55,379 nt of DNA from an uncultured candidatus Brocadiaceae bacterium (GTDB lineage Bacteria > Planctomycetota > UBA1135 > UBA2386): NCBI GenBank assembly GCA_964469555.1, contig CAYYAQ010000004.1, positions 28,093-83,471 of the forward strand, given 5' to 3'. Below the pieces are notes generated by a model, which was not told where the DNA came from, did no database searches, and was given only the letters and a program-made list of their open reading frames with translations. Within the stretch, counting starts at the first letter, position 1. Each line of letters begins with the position of its first letter. The position numbers were made by a program, and so were the translations under genes. This document shows positions 21,545-30,560 of the stretch, piece after piece.

Positions 21545-22873
21545 AGTTCCACGCCCGCGCCCGGTCCTCTCCTCGCTGTCTGGGGAGTCCTGCTCATGCA
21601 TACCCCCGTCGGTGCACAGAGCCCCGGCTTCTGGGAAGCCCGACCCGCGTTGAACTCCGCCCGACAGGAACTCGCCGCTGCGGTACTCCAGGGCCGCGTC
21701 TACGCCGCCGGCGGGTTCGGGTCCAATCGGGCCCCGCTCAGGACCGTCGAACGGTTCGATCCGATCGCCAAGAAGTGGTCGTTCGTCGCCAACCTCCCGA
21801 CGACGCTGCACCACTTCGGGATGGCGCCTGTCGGCGGCAAGCTCTACGCGATCGGTGGGTACGTCTCCGGATTCTCGGGGACGGACAAGTGCTGGTCCTA
21901 CGATCCCGCGACGAACAAGTGGAGCGCCATCGCCAGCCTCCCGCGGGCGCGCGGTGGACTCGTCGCCGTGGCGCTCGGCGGCAAGATCTACGCGATTGGA
22001 GGTGTCGTGCCGCGGGTCGGCGTCGTGGCGGATCTCACCGTGTACGACCCCGCGACGAACAAGTGGGCGACGCTGACTTCGATGGCGTTTCGCCGGGAAC
22101 ACCTGGCGGCGGCAACGCTCGGCGGCAAGCTCTACGCCGTCGGCGGTAGACGCGGGGGAAACTTCGCCTATCTGGAGGAGTATGACCCGGCCACGAACAA
22201 GTGGACGCGGCGCAAGGACATGCCGACCGCGCGGGGCGGGAACGGGGCGGCGATCCTGAACGGCAAGCTGGTGGTCGTCGGCGGCGAGTCACCCGGCATT
22301 TTCCCGCAAGCGGAAGAGTACGACCCGACGACGAACACGTGGCGCAGCCTGGAACGCATGAGAACCGGCGTCCACGGGATCTACCCGGTGTCGTTCGGCG
22401 ACGAGATCGTGGTCGTCGGCGGCGCGACGGTCGCGGGCTTCGGCGCGGTCAACATCGTGCAGTCGCTGCGGCTGCACCCCGATGGCGTCGATCCGTACGG
22501 AACCGGCACGCCGTCGTGCAACGGCACGCTGACGGTCTACGTCAGCCACCGCCCCGTCCCCAGCGAGCCCAGGTTCTCGTTCCTCTCGGATGGACTTCCA
22601 AGAAGCACGTTCGGAATCTTCGCGTTTGGGGTCGGTGCCGACACCGCTGGTTCGACGATCTTGGGATTCCGGACCCACCTGGATCTCGCCAAACTGATCA
22701 TTCTCCTCCCGATGAGCAGTGACGCGGCGGGTCGAAACGTCTTCAAAGTCCCACTCCCCGCTGGCACGTCGGGAATCCACGACTACATTCAGTTCCTGTG
22801 GGCGAACAATTCAGGCTGCGGCGGCGCAGGAACGACGAGCACGTCGCGAGGATTGAGCGTGCGCATCCGATGA
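21542..22873 (+). CDS. Secreted Kelch-repeat beta-propeller with the shared C-terminal domain
   Basis: Six Kelch repeats (GKLYAIGG...YDPATNKW); tail YGTGTPSC...YIQFLW...TSRGLSVRIR. Confidence 0.9.
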   Translation: MSSTPAPGPLLAVWGVLLMHTPVGAQSPGFWEARPALNSARQELAAAVLQGRVYAAGGFGSNRAPLRTVERFDPIAKKWSFVANLPTTLHHFGMAPVGGKLYAIGGYVSGFSGTDKCWSYDPATNKWSAIASLPRARGGLVAVALGGKIYAIGGVVPRVGVVADLTVYDPATNKWATLTSMAFRREHLAAATLGGKLYAVGGRRGGNFAYLEEYDPATNKWTRRKDMPTARGGNGAAILNGKLVVVGGESPGIFPQAEEYDPTTNTWRSLERMRTGVHGIYPVSFGDEIVVVGGATVAGFGAVNIVQSLRLHPDGVDPYGTGTPSCNGTLTVYVSHRPVPSEPRFSFLSDGLPRSTFGIFAFGVGADTAGSTILGFRTHLDLAKLIILLPMSSDAAGRNVFKVPLPAGTSGIHDYIQFLWANNSGCGGAGTTSTSRGLSVRIR

Positions 22874-23508
22874 CAACCGCGATGCGGACCGGGATCGCCC
22901 TCGGGTTGCTCGGATCGCTTCTCGGTTGCATGTGCACGCCGACGGCAGGCCCCGACGGTTGGATCGACCTGTTCGACGGACAGAGTCTCGCGTGCTGGAA
23001 GGTCACCGACTTCGCCGACCACGGCGAAGTCCGAGTGGAGAAGGGCGCCCTCGTCCTGAAGCCAGGGACCCCGTTCAGCGGCGTGACTCTCGACGGCGCA
23101 GCCTTTCCGACCTCCGACTACGAGATCGAACTGCGTGGCGCCAAGGTCGACGGTGACGACTTCTTCTGCGCGCTCACGTTCCCGGTCGGAGCGAGCCACT
23201 GCACTCTCGTCCTCGGAGGCTGGGGCGGGCAACTCGTCGGTCTTTCGTCGCTGGACGAGATGGACGCGTCCGAAAACCCGACGACGGAATTCATGGACTT
23301 CGAAAAGGGCCGATTCTATGACGTGCGCATTCGCGTCACTACCAAACACATCACGGCGTGGATCGGCGACAAGAAGATCATCGACCAGGATATTCGTGAG
23401 CACACCGTGTCCGTGCGTTGGGAAGTCGAGCCATCTCGACCACTCGGGATCGCTTCATTCGAAACCGAAGCTGCGTACACGAGGATTCGCTACCGCTCCG
23501 TTCACTAG
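22870..23508 (+). CDS. DUF1080 family lipoprotein
   Basis: Lipobox LLGC; WIDLFDGQSL, DYEIEL, GDDFFCALTFPV, LGGWGG; ATGA overlap with the Kelch gene. Confidence 0.82.
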   Translation: MTTAMRTGIALGLLGSLLGCMCTPTAGPDGWIDLFDGQSLACWKVTDFADHGEVRVEKGALVLKPGTPFSGVTLDGAAFPTSDYEIELRGAKVDGDDFFCALTFPVGASHCTLVLGGWGGQLVGLSSLDEMDASENPTTEFMDFEKGRFYDVRIRVTTKHITAWIGDKKIIDQDIREHTVSVRWEVEPSRPLGIASFETEAAYTRIRYRSVH

Positions 23509-23540
23509 CCCGGACCATTCTGTTCCTCTCGGTCGCCCCC

Positions 23541-24848
23541 ATGACTGACCGCGACCAACTCTCACTCACCTCCCGCCTGCTCCGCGATCTCGGTCCGGAA
23601 CACGGCGATGGTCTGCGGATCGGCGGCGTGTCGGCGGAGGAGATCGCCGAGCAGTTCGGGACGCCGTGCTACGTCTACGACGCGGAGCTGCTCCGTCGAC
23701 GTTGCGCGGAGGTGACGAGGTCACTCGGCGTCGACGTCCTGTTCGCGATCAAGGCCAATCCCTGCCTCGCGGTCGGACAGGTTCTCGCTGACGCGGGCGC
23801 CGGAGCTGACGTCGCTTCCGCTGGCGAAGTACACGTCGCGATGCGCGCAGGTTTCGCGAAGGAGAAGATCCAGTTCGCCGGACCGGGGAAGACGCGCGCG
23901 GAACTGAGCCTCGCGGTGGACCGCGGCGTCGGAACGATCAACCTCGAGTCGGCATCGGAGTACGAGACGCTGCTGAGGATCGTGCGAGAGCGCAAGCCCG
24001 AGTCACCGCCGGCGGTCGCGATCCGGATCAACCCGACCATCGGCGTCGCCGGCGCCAGGATGCGGATGGGTGGCGGTTGTTCGAAGTTCGGCGTCGACGT
24101 CGAAGACGTGACGGCCCTCGCTCGCCGCATCGTGGACCACGGCGTCGTCTCCCTGGGTGGGTTGCACTGCTACCTGGGGACCCAGGTGTTCGACGCCGAC
24201 GCCTGGCTCGACAGCGTGCGCGGCTTGTCGGACTTTGCCAGCGAAGTCGAGACCTCGCTCGGCGTCAAATTGGATTCGTTGAACCTCGGCGGAGGCTTCG
24301 GCGTGCCGTGCTTCGAAGGCGACGCGGAGTTCGATCTCGATGCTGCGGGCGACGGACTGCACGCGTTGATGGATGGTGACCGACGGTACTTCGTGGAGCT
24401 CGGTCGCTATTTGACTGCTCCATCCGGCGTCTACCTCGCCCGGGTCGAGCACATCAAGGAGTCAAGGGGCAAGCGGTTCGCCGTCTTGGACGGCGGCATG
24501 CACCACTTCGGGGCAGCGACTGGGATCGGCGCTGTGATCCGCCGACCGTTCCCGATCGTCTCGGCGACCGCGCCGTTCGAATCGGGAGAACCCCAAGTCG
24601 TGTGCGGTCCGCTGTGCACCCCCGCGGATGAGTTCGCCTCGACCGCGAGCCTACAGCGATTGGCGGTCGGAGATCTCGTCGCGATACTCGCGGCGGGAGC
24701 GTACGGACTGACGTTCTCACCGGTACTGTTCCTCAGTCACCCCACCCCCGCCGAAGTCCTGGTCGACGCCGGCAAGGCGCACCTCGTTCGGCAACGCGGT
24801 CGCGCGGAGGACGCCCTGCGCGGTCAGTTCCTGCCGGGGGAGGCATGA
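23541..24848 (+). CDS. PLP-dependent fold-type III decarboxylase (LysA-like; resembles the exosortase-associated / BtrK type)
   Basis: FGTPCYVYD, PLP lysine FAIKAN, AGPGK, NLGGGFG, ELGRYL, CGPLCTPAD, GAYGLTFSPVLFLSHPTPAE. Confidence 0.85.
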   Translation: MTDRDQLSLTSRLLRDLGPEHGDGLRIGGVSAEEIAEQFGTPCYVYDAELLRRRCAEVTRSLGVDVLFAIKANPCLAVGQVLADAGAGADVASAGEVHVAMRAGFAKEKIQFAGPGKTRAELSLAVDRGVGTINLESASEYETLLRIVRERKPESPPAVAIRINPTIGVAGARMRMGGGCSKFGVDVEDVTALARRIVDHGVVSLGGLHCYLGTQVFDADAWLDSVRGLSDFASEVETSLGVKLDSLNLGGGFGVPCFEGDAEFDLDAAGDGLHALMDGDRRYFVELGRYLTAPSGVYLARVEHIKESRGKRFAVLDGGMHHFGAATGIGAVIRRPFPIVSATAPFESGEPQVVCGPLCTPADEFASTASLQRLAVGDLVAILAAGAYGLTFSPVLFLSHPTPAEVLVDAGKAHLVRQRGRAEDALRGQFLPGEA

Positions 24849-26326
24849 TACTCCGCTCCCGCCTGCACGCCGCCGCCACGGGTCGAGAGGAGTCGATCGC
24901 GATTTCGCGAGAAGAATTGGCCTGGACGTTCGGCGAACTTGAACGGTGGACGAACACGCTGACGATGCGACTGTCGAACGCGTCACGACCGCCGAAGATC
25001 GCGGCAGGGCTGCCCGGCGGTCCTGAGTTCTCCGCATTGCAGTTCGCCTGCGCCGCGGCGAACACCCTGTTCGCACCAGTGCCTGCACGCGCGACGCAGC
25101 GGGAGTTGCGCCACATCCTACAGCTCGTGCCGTACGACTTCGTCGTCGTTCCCGACAGGGCGGGCGGCGAGCTCTACGGAAAGGCGGGCGCTCAGACGAT
25201 CTTGTTCGAAGAGCTCGCGCGGGGCGAACGACTCCCCCCGTCGCGTGAAGACGCCGCAGACCCGCGCTTGCAGAACGCGCGACTTCTGCAGTTGACATCC
25301 GGATCGACGGGCAAGCCGCACGGGGTGTTGTTGACCGAGGACAACCTCCTCGCGAACCTCGACCAGAACGAGGACTTCCTCGCGGGATTCGCGGACCAAC
25401 ACGTGTTCTGCCCCCTCTTCCAGAATCAGGCCATGGGCGGCGCCATCGCGCTCGAGCATCTCTGTTCGGGATCACCGGTCCACTTCGCCAACCGCTTCGA
25501 CCCGGCCTCGGACATCGCACGCATGGCCGAACACGGCTGCACCGGGTTGTGGACGAGTCCGCACTACGCGCACTTGCTGCTGCGACTCGGACTCCTGCAG
25601 CAAGGGCAACTGCCCGCCATGCGCGACCTGACGCTCGGCACGGCAACGGTTTCTTCGGGCCTCGTGAGCGATCTGCAGCGCGCGTTGCCGGAAGCGCACA
25701 TCCACATCCGCTATGGCATCGCGGAGGCGCACGGCCCCATCGCGCGGCTCACGCTACACCCGGGTGAGGAGCTGCCCGGCACGGGCGTCGTGGGCGTTGG
25801 GGTGCACGGCGTCGAGGTCCGAGCGGACGGCGAGCTCCTGGCCAGGGCCCCTAGTGGTGCGGAGTTCGGTCTCGGTGACGACGGCGCACTGCGTTCCCTG
25901 CGGCGGGATGGTGGTTTCCTTTCGACGGGAGATCTCGCCGAAGTCGGCGCGGACGGGACCGTGAGGCTGTTCGGCAGGAAGGCCCTGACTCTCAACGTAC
26001 ACGGCCACCGCGTCGACCCCGCGGAGATCGAGATCCTGCTGCGCGAAATCCCTGGCGTGGGCGACGCGGTGGTGCTCGGCCTCGTGCCCGGGGACACAAC
26101 CAGCAGATTCGAAGACGAGCGCATCGTCGCATGTCTCGAACCGGTGCCGGGCCAGACGTGTCCCGAATCGTCCCAGCTGCAGGCGGCATGTGACGACGGA
26201 CTCTCGCCGCACAAACTGCCGAGTCAGTACGTCACCTTCGAGCGCCTGCCTCGCACGCCGAGCGGCAAGCCCGATCGTCAAGCGCTGCGCGAACTCCTCT
26301 CTTCCCAGTCCCAGGCCCGCGGCTAA
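24845..26326 (+). CDS. AMP-forming acyl/aminoacyl ligase (ANL superfamily)
   Basis: [41 protein letters not shown]; ATGA overlap. Confidence 0.88.
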   Translation: MILRSRLHAAATGREESIAISREELAWTFGELERWTNTLTMRLSNASRPPKIAAGLPGGPEFSALQFACAAANTLFAPVPARATQRELRHILQLVPYDFVVVPDRAGGELYGKAGAQTILFEELARGERLPPSREDAADPRLQNARLLQLTSGSTGKPHGVLLTEDNLLANLDQNEDFLAGFADQHVFCPLFQNQAMGGAIALEHLCSGSPVHFANRFDPASDIARMAEHGCTGLWTSPHYAHLLLRLGLLQQGQLPAMRDLTLGTATVSSGLVSDLQRALPEAHIHIRYGIAEAHGPIARLTLHPGEELPGTGVVGVGVHGVEVRADGELLARAPSGAEFGLGDDGALRSLRRDGGFLSTGDLAEVGADGTVRLFGRKALTLNVHGHRVDPAEIEILLREIPGVGDAVVLGLVPGDTTSRFEDERIVACLEPVPGQTCPESSQLQAACDDGLSPHKLPSQYVTFERLPRTPSGKPDRQALRELLSSQSQARG

Positions 26327-26329
26327 CCG

Positions 26330-26581
26330 TTGAACGAAGATCTGCAGACCAGGATCGCGGACCTCGTCGCCCGCATCATCGTGGAGAGCACCGGTCGTAC
26401 CCTGGCTCTCAGTCCCGATGACCCACTGGTCAGCTCCGGCTACTTGGACTCGATGTGCATGGTAAACCTCGTGATCGCCATGCAATCCGAGCTGGGAGTC
26501 GACCTCGACGTCGCCGACATGAGCGTCGACAACTTCGAAACCGTGCGCGCGATGACCGCGCTCCTCGAACAACGGCGGTGA
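26330..26581 (+). CDS. Acyl carrier protein
   Basis: 83 aa, acidic; LVSSGYLDSM phosphopantetheine serine; DNFETV tail; starts 3 bp after the ligase stop. Confidence 0.88.
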   Translation: MNEDLQTRIADLVARIIVESTGRTLALSPDDPLVSSGYLDSMCMVNLVIAMQSELGVDLDVADMSVDNFETVRAMTALLEQRR

Positions 26582-26648
26582 ACGAAAACGGTCGATACCG
26601 TGCCAGGCGCGGGATCGACCGTTTTCTGCGTCGCTGGGGCGCGGAGTA

Positions 26649-29600
26649 TCAGCGCGGTCGGGGGTCGTCGCTGATCTTGAAGGAGGCTTCCTTCGTCTTG
26701 CCGTCCGCAGTGACCAGGACCTTGTAGGTGCCGGTGGTTCCGCCGCCGCGACCGAAGCGACCGCCGCGGGAACGGCTGGAACCGGTCCTCCCGGTGCCAC
26801 CAGTACGCGGGTTGGGACGACCATCCCACTCGACGCGGTTCAGACCGGCGACGGCCTTGACCTTGATGTCACGAATCACCTTGTCCGTCGCATCCTTGAT
26901 CTGGACCTTCAGCTCGCCGGGAACCTTCTTCAGGTTGAAGAAGATCTGCGTCGAGCGCACCGGGATCTGGCCGGTGAAGCGGCTGGCACCACCCGAACTA
27001 CCGCGACTGGAACCGCGGCGCCAGCGGATCACCTCGGACGGCTTGAACACCGCGAGGTCTTCGGCCACCGCCTTCGCTGTCATCTGGCGCACGGGCGCGA
27101 TGTCAATGCTCCACAGACTGCGTCCGTGGGTGGCGATGACGATATCGCCACACGTCGCGTGCTGCGCGATCTCGTGGACCGCTACCGTCGGCAGGTTGTT
27201 GTGGAAGCGCGTCCAATCCTTGCCGCGGTTCAGCGAGATGTAGAGCCCGAACTCCGTCCCGACATAGAGCAGGTTCTCGTTCACCCGGTCCTCACGGACG
27301 ACGCGCGTCGAACCGCGAGGGAGGTTGCCGCGAATCGAAGACCATGTCTGGCCGAAGTCCTCGCTGACGAGAACGTAGGGATCGTCGTCGTTGGACCTGT
27401 GCCCGTCGACAGTGACGTAGACTCGACCTTCCTTGTGGCGCGATGCCTCGATCCCGCTGATCCACATCGGCTTCTTGACGATGTCGGTGAACGGCACGCC
27501 GGCAGCGCTCGAATCGTCCGAAGGCGCGCCGCCATTCTTGGCTCCATCGCCTTCGTCCACAGCGATCGCTTTGCGGAGGTTGACCCATTCGTGGTCGCCC
27601 TTCTTCGTCATCCAGAGGCCACCGTCATCCGTCCCGGCGTAGAGCACGTCTGCGTTGATCGGCGACTCGGAGATCGCAGTGCCACTGCCGCGCGAACCCG
27701 TGGTGATCTCGGGTGAGATCGACTTGAGGTTCGTGCCTCGATCCAGCGACCGGAACACGCGGTTGCCCACGTTGTAGTAGATCTTCGAGTTGTGGCTCGA
27801 GAGGATGAACGGCGTGCGCCAGTTGTACCGGTAGCGACGCGGACTCGACGCGCCGCGCTGTGCGCCACGACCTGCCGGAGGACCACCGCGTTGGCGATTG
27901 CTTGACGACGCAGGTCGGATCGACCCGGACTCGCGGGTGCGCAGGTTCGTGCGCCGCGTCGCACCGTTCTGGCTCTCGAAGTAGATCAGGTCCGCGTCGT
28001 TGGGATCGACGATCGCGAGGAATCCATCCCCACCACCGATGCGGATCCAATCCTCGTTGATCGCGCCACTACCCGTCGATCCGCGGTGCGGTGCGCCCCA
28101 CGTGCCGTTGTCCTGCAGGCCACCGTAGACCGAGTAGTCCCGTCGCGGCCCGATACCGACGTGGTAGAACTGGCCGATGGCCATGTGGTTCTTGTGTGCC
28201 CACGTCTTGGCGCGGTCGTAGCTCACGTAGAGCCCACCGTCACAACCGAGGATGAGGTGATCGCTATCGTTGGGATCGATCCACAGTGCGTGGTGGTCGG
28301 CATGCACGCCGCGGAACGGACCCGACGTGAACGTGTCTCCACCGTCGACCGACTTCGCGCCCGAGATCCCGAGCACGTACTGGAACTTCGTGTCGTTGGG
28401 ATCGACGCGAAACTGGCTGAAGTACATCGGTCGCGGATCGAAGCTGTTGATCCGCTTCCAGCTCGTACCACCGTCGTCCGAACGGAAGATCCCGCCGTGC
28501 TCGTATCCGTGCTTGCCCTGGAAACGCTGCAGGTTCGCGCCCTGTCCACCGAGACGGCCCGTGTAGCGCACCGTGCCACCGTAGGTCCGACCACCCGAAG
28601 TGCCGCCGCGAGATCCACGTCCACGCCGACTGCGTCCGCCCTGCGAGGAGGTCGGCGCCTTCGCCAGCTTCATGCTGATCTTCGCCCTCTTTCCGGCGCG
28701 CTTGTAGAAGACCTCGATGGTCGCGCCGACTTCGAACTGGCAGATGCTCTCGATCACCTTGCTCGCGCCCTTGAAGGCCTGGCCATTGACCTCGAGGATC
28801 ACGTCGCCCTTCTTCAAGCCCGCTTCCGCGGCCGGGCTCTTCTCTGGAACCTGAGCGACCGTCGCCCCCTCCTTGGAGTCCGCGACGATGATGCCGCTCC
28901 ATCCGACGTTCTCGCCGGGCTTGCCCATCATCTCGCATTCGACGATCGCGAACACGACGTCGGGGTTCTTGCGGAAGTAGTCGATGCCGACACGACCAAG
29001 GTTGTTCGTAGGCAGACCCTTAGTCAGTTTCTCGAAGGTCCGCCCGCCGTCCTTCGTGCGGTAGATGCCGCTGCCGGGAGCGATCTTCTTCGCCGGACTG
29101 TTCGTGTCGAACCCATCGCGCTGGCGTTCGTACGTCGCGAAGATCAGGGTGTTGGGATCCTGCGGATGCATGTTGATCGCGATGACGCCGGTCTTCTCGT
29201 CCACGTAGTGGATCTTCTCCCACGTCTTGCCCCCATCAGTCGTCTTGTAGAGGCCACGGTCTTCGTTCTCTCCGTAGAGACGACCGAGCACACCGACGTA
29301 GACGACATCGGGATTCGTCGGGTGCACGACGATCGAACCGATCTGGAACGACTCCTTGAGCCCCATGTTCTTCCAGGTCTTGCCACCGTCGGCGGACTTG
29401 TAGACTCCGTCACCGTAGCTCACCGAGTTGCGCGGGTTCTCCTCGCCGGTCCCGACCCACACGATGTTCGAGTCGCTCGGAGCGACGCACACGGCGCCGA
29501 TCGACACCACCGTCTCCTTGTCGAACTGATGCTCGAACGTGATGCCGTTGTTGCTGGTCTTGAGCAGACCGCCCGACGCCGTGGCCGCGTAGAAGATCTT

Positions 29601-29789
29601 CGGGTCCTTCTCGAAGACGGAGATGTCGGTGATCCGCCCACCCATGGTCGAAGGTCCAAGGGAACGCCATTGGAACTTCTGTACCCATGCCGAAGACGAA
29701 TCCGACTTCTCTTGGGCCGGAAGGAATTGGGACAGGACCGCGACCGGGAGAGACAGGCCGATCAACAGACGGAGGGCGGTGTGCTTCAT
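26649..29789 (-). CDS. Secreted VPS10/BNR (Asp-box) beta-propeller protein with an inserted PDZ domain
   Basis: Signal peptide; WRSLGP-GGRI; repeated SxDGGxTW boxes; PDZ motif SPAAEAGLKKGDVILEVNG; Ig-like C-terminus. Confidence 0.88.
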   Translation of the reverse strand: MKHTALRLLIGLSLPVAVLSQFLPAQEKSDSSSAWVQKFQWRSLGPSTMGGRITDISVFEKDPKIFYAATASGGLLKTSNNGITFEHQFDKETVVSIGAVCVAPSDSNIVWVGTGEENPRNSVSYGDGVYKSADGGKTWKNMGLKESFQIGSIVVHPTNPDVVYVGVLGRLYGENEDRGLYKTTDGGKTWEKIHYVDEKTGVIAINMHPQDPNTLIFATYERQRDGFDTNSPAKKIAPGSGIYRTKDGGRTFEKLTKGLPTNNLGRVGIDYFRKNPDVVFAIVECEMMGKPGENVGWSGIIVADSKEGATVAQVPEKSPAAEAGLKKGDVILEVNGQAFKGASKVIESICQFEVGATIEVFYKRAGKRAKISMKLAKAPTSSQGGRSRRGRGSRGGTSGGRTYGGTVRYTGRLGGQGANLQRFQGKHGYEHGGIFRSDDGGTSWKRINSFDPRPMYFSQFRVDPNDTKFQYVLGISGAKSVDGGDTFTSGPFRGVHADHHALWIDPNDSDHLILGCDGGLYVSYDRAKTWAHKNHMAIGQFYHVGIGPRRDYSVYGGLQDNGTWGAPHRGSTGSGAINEDWIRIGGGDGFLAIVDPNDADLIYFESQNGATRRTNLRTRESGSIRPASSSNRQRGGPPAGRGAQRGASSPRRYRYNWRTPFILSSHNSKIYYNVGNRVFRSLDRGTNLKSISPEITTGSRGSGTAISESPINADVLYAGTDDGGLWMTKKGDHEWVNLRKAIAVDEGDGAKNGGAPSDDSSAAGVPFTDIVKKPMWISGIEASRHKEGRVYVTVDGHRSNDDDPYVLVSEDFGQTWSSIRGNLPRGSTRVVREDRVNENLLYVGTEFGLYISLNRGKDWTRFHNNLPTVAVHEIAQHATCGDIVIATHGRSLWSIDIAPVRQMTAKAVAEDLAVFKPSEVIRWRRGSSRGSSGGASRFTGQIPVRSTQIFFNLKKVPGELKVQIKDATDKVIRDIKVKAVAGLNRVEWDGRPNPRTGGTGRTGSSRSRGGRFGRGGGTTGTYKVLVTADGKTKEASFKISDDPRPR

Positions 29790-30045
29790 GGGGCTGATTT
29801 CCAAACGAGTGTTGCGAGGGAGAAGGGGAGGCGGCGCGGCCAGTCAATTCGACCCCACGCGTCACCATAGGGTCCGGACCTTCTGCGGACCACTCTAGGA
29901 CACTGCGAGGCCGATCGATGCACCTGTGAGCGTCCCAAATCCGTATCCGAGGCCGTGTCCGTGGGATGAGATGGCAGCGAAAACAGCTTGCGCTCGGTAG
30001 TTCAGCCTCGAAACTGACTCGGAAACACAGGAACGACAAGGACAC

Positions 30046-30546
30046 GTGATGCGAAACCGCGTCCCCCACCTTCTCCTCCTCTCCATCCTCTCCATCCTCG
30101 CCATCGTTGCCGGCTGCAAGGGACCAAACTCGGCGAACTCGAGGACCGCCAAGCGAGCCTTCAACCCACCGATCACCGCGCAGAACGACGTTCTCAAGGT
30201 CGAAGTCCGGAAGCTGCATCACAAGAAACGGAGCTTGCGAGTCTGAATGAACCTCGAGAACAAGACGGACGACAAGCTCGAGATGCGCTACTCGGACATC
30301 CGGGCGACGGCGAGAGGGAGAACTGTCCGCGGCGCGCTGCGCGTGCCCTTCGTCAGGGTGACAAGGGGCTTCAGAATGGACCCGAAGTTCTACAAGACGA
30401 TCAGCCAGCCGATCGAGTTCCTGGACCTGCCACGCATGCAGGACGTGGTGATCACGGTCACCAACGTTCGGGTGGATGGAAAGGGAAACGCGCCGGACCT
30501 CACCGTGACCGTGCCGGTTCGCAATCCTCCGGAGAAGACGAACTGA
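30046..30546 (+). pseudogene. Lipoprotein interrupted by an in-frame TGA at 30244-30246
   Basis: Lipobox VAGC; ORFs 30046-30246 and 30247-30546 abut in the same frame (LRV*MNLENK). Confidence 0.7.
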
Positions 30547-30560
30547 GGGGAGTCGACTGA

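Noticed and set aside
21700-22350. Recurring TACGACCC...ACGAACAAGTGG sequences
   Set aside because: These are codons for Kelch repeats (YDPATNKW), not a DNA repeat array.
23541-24848. Housekeeping lysA
   Set aside because: The CTPAD and FLSHP motifs and coupling to a ligase and ACP point to the carrier-protein-associated subfamily.
30073-30105. Short 9-bp repeats (also 20813-20835)
   Set aside because: They are in-frame low-complexity coding sequence (LSILSILAI; KNTKNTK) with no evidence of phase variation.
30244-30290. Selenocysteine at the in-frame TGA
   Set aside because: There is no redox-motif context and no convincing SECIS hairpin; Trp fits the strand better.
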